Positions 50,018-63,261 of a stretch of DNA of 64,000 bases are shown here, one piece after another. The position numbers and the translations under genes were made by a program. Position 1 is the stretch's first letter, and every line of letters begins with the position of its first letter. The stretch lies in the NCBI RefSeq assembly GCF_009914755.1, contig NC_060929.1; one strand, 5' to 3'. Under the pieces are notes generated by a model. It had not been told where the DNA came from, did not search any database, and saw only the letters and a program-made list of their open reading frames with translations. This stretch comes from the human T2T-CHM13v2.0 reference genome, Homo sapiens.

Positions 50018-52480
50018 TGTATTCATTCAACCTATTCTCCTGGAGCCCCTACTCCTTGTGAGGCACTGTCCGTGCCCTGGACGGGGAGCAAACAGATATT
50101 CCATTGCAGAAGATAGACAAGAAATGATGTAAATAAGTTAAATATGTACTATACTAGATAGTGCTAAGTGCTAAGGGTAAAATGGAAGGTATGGAGGGGG
50201 TAGAAGCATTCAGGGAGGAATTGGAATTTGAAATAAGATGATCCAGGAAGCCCTCATGATAAGGTAGCTTTTGAGTAAATATCTGAGGAATGTGGAGGGA
50301 GCAGCCACCTAGATATCTAGAAAGAAGGGAAAGCAGCTGACACCAAGAAGGGAGAATGAGGACGCTGTGGTGGGTGGAGAGGGTGAACAGGAGAAGTAGA
50401 GCTGATGACAACTTGAGGAAGACAATGAGCCTGGGGAGGGGCCACAGTGGGGGTCTCTGACTTTCATGCCCAGTGACACTGGGAGACACAGGAGAACTGT
50501 GAGCAGACCAGTGACCAACACCAACTTCCATAAAAAAAAAGGTCACTGTGGATCCTGGGCTGCTGATAGGCAGACAGGCCTAGGAGCAGGGACACCAGTT
50601 AGAAAGCAATTGTAACGGCCAATGCTGAGAGCAGTGATGAGGAGCTGTCGGTTTTGGGTACATTTTGAAGGTAGAGTGAATGGAGATTTGAGCAGACCTA
50701 ATACTTGAAGGGAGAAATGACAAATGTGGTTCAAGTTGTGGGTTTCCATTAACTGTGATGGGGGAGAATGTGGGAGGAGTTTGTCAGCAAGAGTACATGA
50801 GGAGTTTGCGTTAGATGTCTATCACATGTCCAAATGGAGGGGCCAAGTAGACAATTGGGCGTAGGGGTTTTGAGTAAAGGAGGGTTCTAGGCTGGAAGCT
50901 TTATTGTGAATAATCAGCATGTGGACAGATCTGAAGTCATACAAATAGATAAGATGACCTAGACAGTAAGCATATGCAGAAAAATAGAAGAAGGCCAAGA
51001 CCTGAGCCCCAGATACTCGACCATTTGGAGATTTGGTGGTTGAGGCAGGAGCATTAAGAAGAGACTGAGAAGCAGGGTTCAGAGAAGTAAGAGGAAAAAG
51101 GAATGGCATCCTAGAAAATGAGTGAAAAGTGTTTCAAGAAGAAAACATGTGGATAAATATGTCAGATGTGGCCTAAGATGGAGAACCGGCCACTGGATGT
51201 AGAAACATGGAGTTTGTTGGTCGACAGACAAGACCCAGTTTGGTGGGAAGTGCGGTGGAGCAGGGAAGCCTGACTGTAGTGAGTCTGAGAAAGGATAGAG
51301 GAGATGCATCAGAGACAACTGGAAATAACCAGCATGGATGGTTCTCTAAGGAGTTTTGGCCTAAGGAGAAGGAAATAAATAGGATACTAACTGGAGAGAA
51401 AAGACAAAAGAGAATTTTTTAAAAATCAACCTTTAGAGATGGGGGTACATGTGCAGATTTGTTACATGGGAATATTGCATGATCCAGAGGTTTGCAGTAT
51501 GGATCCCATCACCCTTGTACTGAGCATAGTGCCCAAGAGGTGAGTTTTTTAACCCAGCCCCCCTCACCTTCCAGTAGTTCACAGTGTCTATTATTCCCAT
51601 ATTTATGTCCATGTCTGCTCAATGCCTAGTTAACATGGGAGAAAAATAGCCTATTTGTGTGCTGGTGGGAATGATTGAGGAGACAGGTAAATCAATGAGC
51701 AAAAGGCAGAGGAGAAGGCGGCTGGAGAACTGTGTTTTGGGAGTGAGTGGTGGTGGAGGCCAGTGCACAGGTTGGGAGCTGGGCTCAGCCAGGAGCAAGG
51801 ACAGTTCACCACTAGCAGCAAGGTGAAGGTGGTATATGGGCAAAGATGCAAGAAGCTGGCCTGTGCGGTGAAGGGGAATGTGTAGGGGTTATTTTCTTGG
51901 TGTAACAGGAAAGCAGGTGATCATATGAGAGGGAAGACTCTCATGGATGTGGGGAGAAACTGCTAGAGTTTGGAGAAGATTGGGGTTGGGAGGAGTAAAA
52001 CCATCTTCTAAGATCGTGGGAAAGATAACTAGAGAAAGTCAGGAAATATAGGAGTGTAGGAGACACAAGCTGAAAAATGTCAGAAGATAACCAGGCTGGA
52101 GGTTGATCTGCTGTCTTGAGATTAGTGATCATGAATTGAAATGAGAAGAACCTGCCTGTTGTGTGTTTTTTCCCAGCCACGTACTGCTGAGTAAGTACAC
52201 GCAAATAGAGGGAGAACTGAATTTTAGCTATGTTGCATTTTAGCCTAGCACATAAAAAAAAGCAAGAAAATGGAATTGTAATTAAGAGCGAATGACTGAC
52301 TGTGGGATTAAGCTGAGTTTTAAAGTGATAAGGGGAAAAAAATCCACAACAATGGTGATAGACAATGGAATGGAATGAGACTCCTGGCAGGTAGAAGCAT
52401 TGCTGTTGCTGGGGTACTGAAAGTAGTGAGCTGAAAGATTAGATAGTTGTCGGAAGAGATAATTTGACATTGAGATTGTG
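50018..52480 (-). mobile_element. Long LINE-2 (L2a-like) segment
   Basis: ATTCATTCAAC 3' end; GGGTACATTTTGAAGGTAGAG; CATGTCCAAATGGAG..AAGTAGACAATTGG. Confidence 0.75.
51414..51632 (-). mobile_element. L1PA15-17-like 3' fragment inside L2
   Basis: GGGGGTACATGTGCAGATTTGTTACATGGG..AGTGTCTATTATTCCCATATTTATGTCCATG. Confidence 0.82.
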
Positions 52481-54224
52481 ATGGTTTTGGTCCTACAGAC
52501 GTCAGCGTTCTATTTAGCTTATTAGTTATTGAAAAACCACCTCTTCCCATCACTGGGAAATGTATTCTTCAGTTTAAAGAAGAAAAAAGTACTTGTGTCT
52601 CATCAAATTTTCAAATTCATGAAAAATTATTTGCACCAAAGAAAACAAGAATAAAAGTTCAGCAAGATTAGTGTTAAAGTGATGAATACATCACCAAAAG
52701 AAAATACTTGTATGGATGTTTATATTTTCTTAGCTCCGTTTCTACAATGGTACAGACCCTGCAGGTATTTCGTCACTGCAGTTTCATCCATGGCTTAGAG
52801 ACTTGCACAGAGACAGCAATGTGCTGATGGAGACCAAGGAGTAGCTCCTCTGGGCTGAGTGCTGCTGGTCATGCCACACACCCACAGTTTTTTCTATCTG
52901 CCAATTGGCTCCAGCCAACTGAGTGCAGATGCCAAGTGGACACAATGAAATTTCTGTGTACATGATTTTAAGCTGAGAAACCTACCAGAGTCCTTGATAC
53001 AGTTAGTTTGAAGAATAAGGCAGAAGAGAACATGGTGATCTAAGACTCTTCTTTCTAATATACCAAAAAAAAAAAAAAAAATGGACCCTTTATCCTCTTT
53101 TGAGGGTTAAAGACACCAATTTAATATTGTTACCTATGGTGACCAATTTGAATAAGAGGCTTAAGAGATTAAATACAGTCATTCCACAAGAAATACATTA
53201 AATCTCTGAAATCCAAATATCCAAAATGGACTTTTACAATCTTACAAAATTATTATAGGCAGAAAAGAATTTTTGTGGTTATTAAATACAAAAAAGGATT
53301 ACCTTCTTATAATATTTCCCGATGACATCTTTTAAAATAAAGTCTCCTTAAATGGTTTTGCCGCTTAGAATTTTCTCTCATTCTGGATTTGCATCAACAG
53401 ATCTGCCCTTGACTGCCCAGAATTTATCTTGCAAAACAGGAAGGATTTATTTTTAAGGGACTGAGGAAGAACTTCTAGCATAGGCTAAAGCTAAACCACA
53501 GAGCATATGACCTAATAGACATAATATTTTAAACAACAACACCGATAATAATAAAAGTTAAAGACAGGACTCTGGAGCTGATGATATTCTGCCTCTACAT
53601 GTCAGCTGTTTGATTTTAAAAAGTATTCATTGTTGAATCTGCCATGTTATTGAGCACAGAGTTGTTGCTGGTTAATTTCTGTTTCTCTGATTCTGTGGAG
53701 TAAACATTACTTTACTAGGAGATCTCTGTTCAGCTTCAGTTTTCATGGAATAAATAGAAAAGATTAAAGAAGCTACAAAGATGCAAGAACAAGGATAAAA
53801 GATTATAGCTTATCTTCCATGAAGGTTAATTCTCAACATGATAAAAGGCTTGGTGAAACATATTAAGATAATAAGCCTAGTTTCTCTCTGTATTTGCGGT
53901 AAAATAAGAGGAAATGGAGATGACAGCATAGTTAGTGCAAGATTATGTAATTTCAACAGATGGCAAGAAAGGAGGTAGAATTATTTAACAACAAGTTCTA
54001 CTTTTCCCTCAAAGAGCATAACAGACAGAAACACAAGAGGCGAAGACGTCCTAGTGAGAGAGAAAACGGGAAGAAGGTACCTCACTTCTTTGTGAGTGCA
54101 AGTTTTGCAGATATGAAGTCAGAAACTCAACAATCTCTGAGAAATCACAGGGAATGTGAAAAATCCTAGAGTGCTAGAAATGAGTAAACAGGACCCCCAC
54201 CCCTTTTTGTAATGAAAGAAAAAA

Positions 54225-54350
54225 ATATAGAATACATATATTATATATACCTACTATATTAAATATATATACTAAATATATATACTACATATATATTTAA
54301 TATAGTAGGTATATACTATATTTTTAAATACATTAGGTGTATATATATTT
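54225..54350. repeat. (TA)-rich low-complexity tract
   Basis: Direct reading. Confidence 0.8.
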
Positions 54351-54587
54351 AAAAGTCTTTCGTTGTATACACAAAAACTGAGAAATATACGCAGGTTCAA
54401 AACGTATGTAAGATGAGCTGAAACTGCTGAGAAAAGACTGTTGATTAACACGTGCAAATTAAAAGATGTGCATTTGGGTTCTGTGCCTCCCGCCACCACT
54501 CTCCTCCCATGCTACCTCCTCCCACCCACTCGGAAAAATTAACAAAACTAGAATGGAGACTTCCCTTTGCCTCCTGTCTGAGATTCT

Positions 54588-54893
54588 ACTGCTCTACGCA
54601 GTTGTCGCTAGCTGCATAAGGCAATTGAGCACTTGAAACACTGCTGGTCCAAACTGAGATGTGCTGCAGGTAAAAAATACACCCCATATTTCACAGACTG
54701 AGTCCAAGGGAATATAAAATGTAGTTAAAATTTTTGATTACATGTTGAAATGGTAATATTTTAAGATATTAGGTTAAATAAAAGTATCTTTTTACAATTA
54801 ATTTCACCTATTTCTTTTTAATTTCTTAATGTGATTACTGGAATTTTAAAACGACCTGTATAATTCATGTTATATTTCTAAAGGACAGCGCTG
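54588..54893. mobile_element. MER33 hAT-Charlie MITE
   Basis: TTGAGCACTTGAAA..AACTGAGATGTGCTG..TGATTACATGTTGAAATG..TTAATTTCACCTATTTCTTTT..GGACAGCGCTG. Confidence 0.85.
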
Positions 54894-55084
54894 ATTAAAG
54901 AGCCTCAATAGACATCTAGGGAAGAGAGATCAACCTCTAGCCATACTGCAGTCACCTCTTCACCATGTTAAAAATGTCAGATTATCTACAGTTGTAAACT
55001 GTAGTTTAATCTGAACACCTGCTTTTCTCAATGAATTGTTTGTTGTTCCGATGCAATTCTAGATTAAAATAAACTTCAACAATG

Positions 55085-57700
55085 TTTCATTGTACTCATT
55101 AAAAGCTTCAATACAATGTTGAAGCAGCTTGATGGTAATGAATATCCTTGTCTTTTCCACAGTTTAATGAAAAATTATTGAATATTTCAGAGGTCTTTTA
55201 AACATTTTATTGAGATATATAAAGTAACTGCAATAATTTTAAGTGTGAAGCCCTTAGTATTAAAAAGATATATTTTCAGAACTCGTTAAGATCTCCTTGG
55301 GTACCTTTCAGTTCTATGCCCCCCAAAATAACTACAGATTCTGACTTCTGTGAGCATTTATTCATTCTAGCTTTGTTTGTTTTTGTGTTGAATTTGTTTG
55401 TTTTGAGTTTATAGAAATGAAATCACAGAATATGTGATTTTGTACATCAGGCTTTTTTCACTCAACTAATATATCCAAGAGCTTTTCCGATTGTTGCATT
55501 GACCAATAGTTTATTTTCATTGATGTGTACTATTCCACTGGGTATTATTTTTTATCCACTCACCTGTTGTATCTGAGTTTTTTCCACTTTTTGACAGTTA
55601 TGGATAGAGTTTCTATAAACATTCCAGAAAATGTTTCTTTAGAATATATTTACATTCATTTATATATTTAAGGGTAAGATTGTGGGGTCAATTAATTTTA
55701 ATATTGTTTTTAGTGGAAACAGTCAAACAGGGTCTTCCAAAGTGCTTATGTATTTCTCACTTCCAGGGCACTGGCAAGAACTTGTGTGCACCACAACCTT
55801 GCTGACACTTGTGTTTGTAATCATGACCTTCCAGAGGGTGTGTGTGGTATCCCATCATGCCTTTCATCTGCATTTTCTTAATGAGTATGGAAGCTGAGCA
55901 CCTTTTCTTTTTATTTATTCACTCATTTATTTAGGTCTCCTTTAATTTCTCTAGATAATATTTTGTAGTTTTCAGAGATCTGGCACATCCTTGTTAAATT
56001 AATTTCTAAGTTTTTGATGTTATTGAAAATACTTGAAATTTAACACTTTTATTAGTTTTTCAACTGTTTACTGCAATAACCTCAAAATATATCTTATTTT
56101 TGCATATTGACTTTGAATCCTATGAGTTTGCTAAATTCACTTGTTAATTCCACTCGGTTTTAGATTGTTTTTGGATTTCTGAGAGCACAGTCATGTCATC
56201 TGAAAATAAAAGAGCATTACTTTTTAAATATTTATATGTTTTATTAATTTTTTCACGTTTAATTGTACTCGTTAAAACCTTGATGATAGTGAATATCCTT
56301 GTCTTTTCCACAATTTCAAGATAAATTATTGAATATTTCCTCATTAACTATGATGTTAGTTCTAGATTTCTTGGACATGCCCTTTATCAGATTGACAAAT
56401 TGTCTATTACTACATTTTGAGAGCTTTTATTATGGTTGCGTACTGAATTTTATCAACTTCTTTTTCTATATCTGTTGAGATGATGAATATATGAGTATTC
56501 TGCCTTATCTATCCATGGGGTGAATTACATTGACTGGATTTCAAATGTGAAATCAACCTCCTGTTCATGAAATAAACTCTACTGGGTGACAGAATATCAT
56601 CCTTTTAATATAGCCTAGGCTTTGATTTGCTAATATTTTATTAAGAATTTTTGCATCTGTTAATAAGACATTGGTCTAGAATCTTCTTGACTTGTAATAT
56701 TCTTGTCAGATTTTGGTAAGAAAATTAATCTTGCATTTAGAAAGAAAATGGGAAATGGTTTATATTTTTCTGTTTTCTGAAAATTTTTATTTAAAATTGG
56801 TATGATTTATTCCTTAAGTGTCTGTTAGAATGCGCAGGGAAGCCATCTGTGCCTATAGCTTTCTTTCTAAGCATTTTTTTAAAATTATAGAAGCAATGTA
56901 AATATAGGAATATGTAGATTTTTTATGTATTCTTAGGATAGTTTTGAACACCACTATGAACCAAGTAGACTTAATTTATATTTACAGAACAATAACAATA
57001 GAACGTACATTCTTCTCAGTTAAACATGAACATTTGCCAGGATAGACCATATTCTTGACCAGAAAACAAGACTTAATAGATTTTTAAAAATCCAAGTCAT
57101 ACAAAATACATTCTTTGGTGACAACAAAAATAAATTAGTAGTTAATAAGGACTATAAAAAATTACAAGGGGACATGAGGAGACATTTTCTCTTATAGAGA
57201 CACATATGGACATTTTCCAACGCTCTTCATTCCTTTCTGAGATTCTGTGTTTCTTTCAGGTTGTAGGATTTTCTTTATTATTATTTAGAGTGTTGGCCTG
57301 CCAGTGACAATGTCTCTCAGCTTTTATTAATCTGATAATGTCTTTATTTTACTTTCATATCTAAGGACATTTTCTCAAGGTAGAGAAGTGTAGATGCCTT
57401 TCATAAGTTTTAATGATGCTTCCCAACTTCCAGTTTCTGTTGAAAATTCATCTATCACTCTGATTGTTGTTTCCTTGAGAGTGATGTTGTTTTTTTCTCC
57501 TTTTAAGGTTTTCTCTCAATTTTTTTATGTTTGTCTATAATGCACCTCAGTGAGGGTATTTTTTTGGTATTCATTTTTAATATATAAAGTCCTTTTAATA
57601 GTTTTTCATAATTTATTTCCTTCTGTCTTCAAATACTGCTTCCACTCCATTCTCTCTAGTCTCTTTTCTGGGATTCCAATTACATAAATGTCTTTAAGAT
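55085..57700 (-). mobile_element. Ancient L1ME-type element (3' end, ORF2 and ORF1 remnants) with internal rearrangements
   Basis: Antisense L1 motifs; ORF 56144-56344 (LLFSDDM) is an RT remnant; sense-oriented EN block at ~56945-57150. Confidence 0.75.
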
Positions 57701-58160
57701 ATATTTATATGCTATTAATATATATGGTTTTCGTTTAATCATGATGGAAGACATAACCAGCCACACTATTCTAATCCCTGAGTAAACATGGAAATTGTTT
57801 TAATATAAAACTAAAATACACTCCTGTCTTACATTTGCATTTATTTTCCTAATACCCGAGTTGAACAGATTAATTAGATGATCCCTTCTAAATATCAACT
57901 GTCATAGTCTGTTTTGTGCTGCTATCAGAGGATAGGGTGATTTATAATGAGCAGACATGTATTGGTTCACGGTTCTAGAGGCTGGGAAGTTCAGCATCAA
58001 GTGCTGGCATCTGGTGAGGGCTTTCTTGCTGTGTCATCACATAGTGAAAAGCACAAGAGTGAGAGAGCAAGAGGAAGCCAAATTTGTTATTTAATAATGG
58101 TATTAATTCCACCTGTAAGGGCAGATCCCTTATGACTTAACTTCTTAAAGGTCTCACCTC

Positions 58161-58977
58161 CTTTTAAAATTTTCTTTTATTTTTAGTTGACACACAATAG
58201 TTGTGTATATTTATGGGATACAGAGTGATATTTCACTACATGTATACAAATGTGTAATGGTCAAATCAGAATAATTAGACCTCAGACATTTATCATTTCT
58301 TTACATTGAGAATATTCAAAACACTCTCTTCTACTTTTTTTAAAAAATACTATAAATTATTATTAACTATATTCATCCTACAGTGCTGTAGGACACTGGA
58401 ACATATTTCTCATATTTAGCTGTAATTTTGTGTTCATTAACAAACCTTGCCTTATTCTCCCTTCCTCCCATGCACTTCTCAGCCTCTACTAACAACCATT
58501 CTACTCTTTACTTTTTCTAGCTCCTACAGTTGACTAAGAACATGTGATATTTATCTTTCTGTGCCCGAGTTATTTCTCTCAATATAATGTCCTCCAGACT
58601 AATCCATGTTGCCTCAAATAACAGGATTCTATTATTTTTGATGATAGAATAGTAAGTGTTGGATTTGTTGGATAGGTGAATTTTGAAATTTTTAATTGAA
58701 ATGAAGTAGAATGCTAGGTTCCACTGTGTGTATATGCCACATTTTCTTTATTCATCTGTTGATGAAAATGTAGGTTGATTCTATATGTTGACTATTGTGA
58801 GTAGTGCTTCAATAAACATGGGAGTACAGATATCCCTTTGACATACTGATTTCCTTTCCTCTGGATAAATACCTAGTTAGTGGGATTGCTGGATTGTATG
58901 GTAGTTCTATTTTTAGTTTTTTGAGAAATTTCCATACTCTTTTCCACAATTGTTGCACTAATTTACATTCCCACCAA
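58161..58977 (-). mobile_element. L1MA 3' region
   Basis: GTGTATATTTATGGGATACAGAGTGATATTT..AAACATGGGAGTACAGATATC..GGGATTGCTGGATTGTATGGTAGTTCTATTTTTAG..TTTACATTCCCACCAA. Confidence 0.88.
58655..58718 (-). pseudogene. Putative ancient NUMT: fragment of mitochondrial ATP8
   Basis: 64-bp non-L1 insert between GAATAGTA and TTCCACTGTGTG; the minus strand translates to FQLKISKFTYPTNPTL. Confidence 0.75.
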
Positions 58978-60482
58978 TCCTGCCTCTCAGTACTGTTACA
59001 AAGGCAATTAAACTTTAATATGAATTTTGGAGGAAACAGACATTTAAATCATAGTACCAACCTTTAGTGTTTTTCTTTATGGTACTTTGAGAAAATGTCT
59101 AAGGACAGCAGAATTATACTAAGTCTCTATTGGATATTCTTTGGAATACATTGAAAGAGAACAAATATACTTCTTTGGACATGTTTTTAAGGTTAGCACT
59201 ATTCAAATAATTCTAAAATGAACTTCAGAATTCTAAGAAGGTTTTAATTATTAACGATAAATTTTATGGTCACTAGAGTTAGCATATTAGTCATATATTG
59301 TAATAGCATAGAGCTATTAAACAATAATTCATCTTTTGATGCAACTTGGATGGTGTAAAATGATAACAGCCTGCAAATAGTTCAAATACTCTCTAGTTAT
59401 ATTGTTTTGGAGATATCATTGTATCTCTATTTTCTTAGTAGCAAATAGTCCATTATGTCATTGTTATTGAACTTCCTTTGTAAATGTTCAAGCAACATTA
59501 TCAAAGCAGAAAAATAATATATATTGCAAAGTTCCATTTTCAGGAAATAGTACTGTTAAAACTTGTCCATTTTCTCTCTGTATTTTAATGTGATTTTCTT
59601 CGTAATTATCTGTTGCCTTTATAGTCAGGGAGGGAACCATAGCAGGGTTTTTTTTTTCCTAGTCAATTTAATAACTGTGTTTTTTTTTCTCTTAATCACA
59701 TGGAAATTTGTTAGTCTCATAATACAAAAGCTAAGAATTAGTTACTTTAAATTAGTAGTTCTGAGTTATTGGGTGATTAGGTTGACACATGTCTTTCTCA
59801 AAATGAAAATCCTTTGAGGTGTGTGCAGGTTTGTTGTGATTTGTAGGAATATAATGCTGATTTCAGTCATACTATTTCAGAAGTAAGTAGATATTAAATA
59901 CAAAATACACAAAGTTCTGCACATGTGATCATTTTATGGAACAGCATTTGTGGTTTACTTTTTTTGCCACTGCCAATGTAATACGCTTCTAAAGCATAAA
60001 GATAAAGAACGCAGAGATGCTCAAAGGAAATAAAAATGACAAAAATTATATAAAATGCCATCTCAATAGTGTGCTATGTATCTTTGCAGTGTATACAAAT
60101 ATAGATACATATATAGTTTAATATCACACTCTACATGTTGCTTTCAAGCTTTTTTTCACTCACTTTGCAATGTATCAGGAGTATTTTTCTATGTAAATTG
60201 GTCTTTTTCTTATATATTTGTAATACATATTTTGAAATTTTTCCTAAGTACATAGCACATTTGTTTAACCAATTTCTTATTTTGGAAAGTTTCATTTTTG
60301 CTATGATGGAAACAAATATTCCTCCATTCAAGTTCCAAAACTGAAATTGTTGATTGGAGGAAGTTAATCGTATATTTAAAATAATTAAACACAAAACTAA
60401 CAGTCTCCATTATAAAAATTTTCAATAACAATCATAATAATCAAAACAAAATAGTAAAACCCTAACTCTGAAATCTAAATGA

Positions 60483-60660
60483 GAGGGACAGTTTTGATCT
60501 AAGGGGGGGCATTTGGCTGTGACTGAAGACAGTTTTGGTTGCCACAACTAGAAGGGTGCTGCTGAACCTAGAGGCTGGGATTCTGGATGCTGCTAACCAT
60601 CGGGCAATGCACAGGAAAGCCCCCATGACCAAGAATTATCTGGCTCAAAATGTCATTAGG
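60483..60660 (+). mobile_element. MER20 hAT-Charlie MITE
   Basis: CATTTGG..TTTTGGTTGCCACAACT..GGATGCTGCTAACCATC..AATGCACAGGA..AAGAATTATCTGGCTCAAAATGTCA. Confidence 0.88.
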
Positions 60661-61289
60661 AATTACACTTTGTCTGTTTCTAGAGAGGGTTTTTCACTTC
60701 TCTGCAATGACATGAAACTTAACAACACGTGCTGTTCTTGAGTGCTCACAACTACTAGGAATTCTTCACCTGTTCAATCTATCCTGATTCCTACCAGTGG
60801 TAGTGGAGGGCAGTTAATAATATGATGCCAAAGGGTAGATTTCTAAAAAGGAAGATAGGCAGCCTATCAAGCTGTGGCTGAGAGAAAATTGCTTCTTGAA
60901 GGACTCTTGCCAAGCAGATGTTGGGGGACCACGCCCCCATCCAGCACAACACTCAAAATGAAAATGAAGTAGAAAACCAAAGTTAAAATTCCTTCAACTG
61001 TAACATTGATTCAGGTTTAACAATGTTTTATTTCTGTGGCCTTTGATCTTAATGTGTAAATATTGACAATCTCCAATATATACCACCGTAATTCCTTAAA
61101 ACAGCCTTGTTTCCTAAAACGGAGGTATTCTGACCAAGACCTTCAAAGTTTCTAAATTTTATGTATGACTACAATATCCAAAATGGTTTTTTTCCATCTG
61201 CATGGATTTTATATCCTGTGATCACAGAATATACTACTCTCACTTTGTCTTTCAGAGCAGTTAATAACCTATGATTATTGCTTCTCTTC

Positions 61290-61730
61290 CAATTTAAATC
61301 TCCCCACCAAAACCAGAAGAATTATTTTCCTATGAAAATGGGATGTTATCTCTCTGCTTAAATCACACAAATATTTCACTCACGGCTGTTGTGTGGTATC
61401 AGCCAAGGATTTCAGCATGGCCTACAAGTACTGGATGATCTACTCTCTGCACACATCTGCAGCCTCAGATCTTATTACTTTCCCTCTGGGTACCTTCCAC
61501 ATAGGTCTTCATTCAGCTCATCAAAAAATGTGTCACTTCTTCAATGTCACCAGGCATTCACACGCATTATTGCTCCTGATGTGTTTGGCTTGGTGCTCAC
61601 TTAATTCCTGTATTTTGTCCTTTGGATAAGTCATTGCTGATATGCTGTCCTACCAGGTTATGATTCTTTGTTATCTGCACTCACATAACAGAGTTCATTT
61701 CTGCAGAGCAGATATCTGCATTTGTAATGT
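61290..61730 (+). mobile_element. LINE-2 fragment
   Basis: TCTCTGCTTAAA..CAGCATGGCCTACAAG..CTGCAGCCTCA. Confidence 0.55.
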
Positions 61731-62179
61731 ACACTTACCAGACTGATGAGAACTGTTCATGTAATTTATAAAGTTAATGCCTCTGATTAGGAACAAATAA
61801 TCATGAAGTTTCCAGACAAAATAATTTCTTCATGCTATAAAATCTTGAGGTATCTACAAAGAATTTATCTGTATTCCAAGTATACTACAGTGGTAAATTT
61901 TGAATTGGCACTTTGCAGATTCTTAAAAGTACTTTTAACAAAAGTATAAGTAACCTATTAGGGAGTGGTTATCTAGGAGAAATGTGAGATATCAATATCT
62001 TTAGAATTTTAGGCTCTAGTCCTATATTTATTTAATCTGAAAATACTATGCCTAGAATTCATTAAATAATACCTTACTAAAAATACTTAATGAGTTATAC
62101 TTTAGTATTATCCCTGTGGACTTAAGATATATTTAAGTGGTGATCACCAAAAACACTTATGAAGTTTAATTTTTAGTAA

Positions 62180-63173
62180 TGGCACACCAGAAAGAGTTTT
62201 GGACTAATTCTCCCACTGGAAAAGAAAAAGGGAAAATTGAACAAAACAAAACAAAAATCTGTCTGAAGGCACTGAAGAGCTACCAAGTACAGAGAAATTT
62301 CAGGCCCAAGACCCATGAAAAGACACAACACAAGAGGGGTAAGACTACCAAGAAGTCCCAGAAAACACACTAGCTTTGGCTTAGGGTCTTGAGGTTCGCC
62401 ATGTGGGATCAAGGATTAAATGGGAAAAGGTCAGCTCTTGTGTGGACTGAAGCTCACATTTTTTTCATACCAGTATTTAGTTGGGGTTAAGTGTTCTGAG
62501 ACTGATAATGATACTCGCCTAGTTGCCTGCCAGTTGCAAAATGCTTTGGAGAAATATAAGATAATCTAAAGCTTAAAATTGTCTATACAACTAATAAAAA
62601 AAATTATGTGACACTCAATCGCAGAAAATCAGATATCCAAAAAACAAAATTAATGAAAACCAAGGGACAAAGAGAGAAAATAGAAAAAAAAAGAAATCCA
62701 GTTAATTTAGCTACATGCAGATGTTAAAATCACAGTGTTAACAAATGAATTTTTAAAAACAAAACAGAATTAATTTGGAAATACAAAAAAATGAAAATTC
62801 TAAAGTTAAAAAATAGAATGACTAAAAAGAACTCAACAGATAATGTTAAAGCAAGAGTAGATTTAGTTGAGGAGAGAATTAGTGAACTTGAAGACAAATT
62901 ATAAATTATCTAGGCTGAAGATGGAGAGACAGTGGATGCAAAGCCCAGGGAGGAAAAAGCAGAAAAGGAATACATGAACCTCACAGAGGACAAATGCAAT
63001 GAACACCGCACTTAGGTGCAAAGGGTTTATCAGGTAAAAAAAAACAACAAGACTAACTTTAAAATTAGACAAAGATGAGAGAATGACTTCTGGAATGGCA
63101 GTGTAAAGAGACCTGTAGAAACAACCAACCACCACTGGTTAAAATTTTGATATGTATAGTTTTATATATAATA

Positions 63174-63207
<34 letters not shown>

Positions 63208-63221
63208 TGTATATATATATG

Positions 63222-63261
<40 letters not shown>

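Larger units (their letters stand above)
57900..59056 (-). mobile_element. MST (MSTD-like) MaLR solo LTR split by an L1MA (LTR parts 57900-58160 and 58978-59056)
   Basis: TGTCATAGTCTGTTTTGTGCTGCTAT..GCATCTGGTGAGGGC..TTAAAGGTCTCACCTC | ..TACTGTTACA..GCAATTAAA..CAGACATTTAAATCATAG; flanks TCAAC and CCAAC. Confidence 0.82.
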
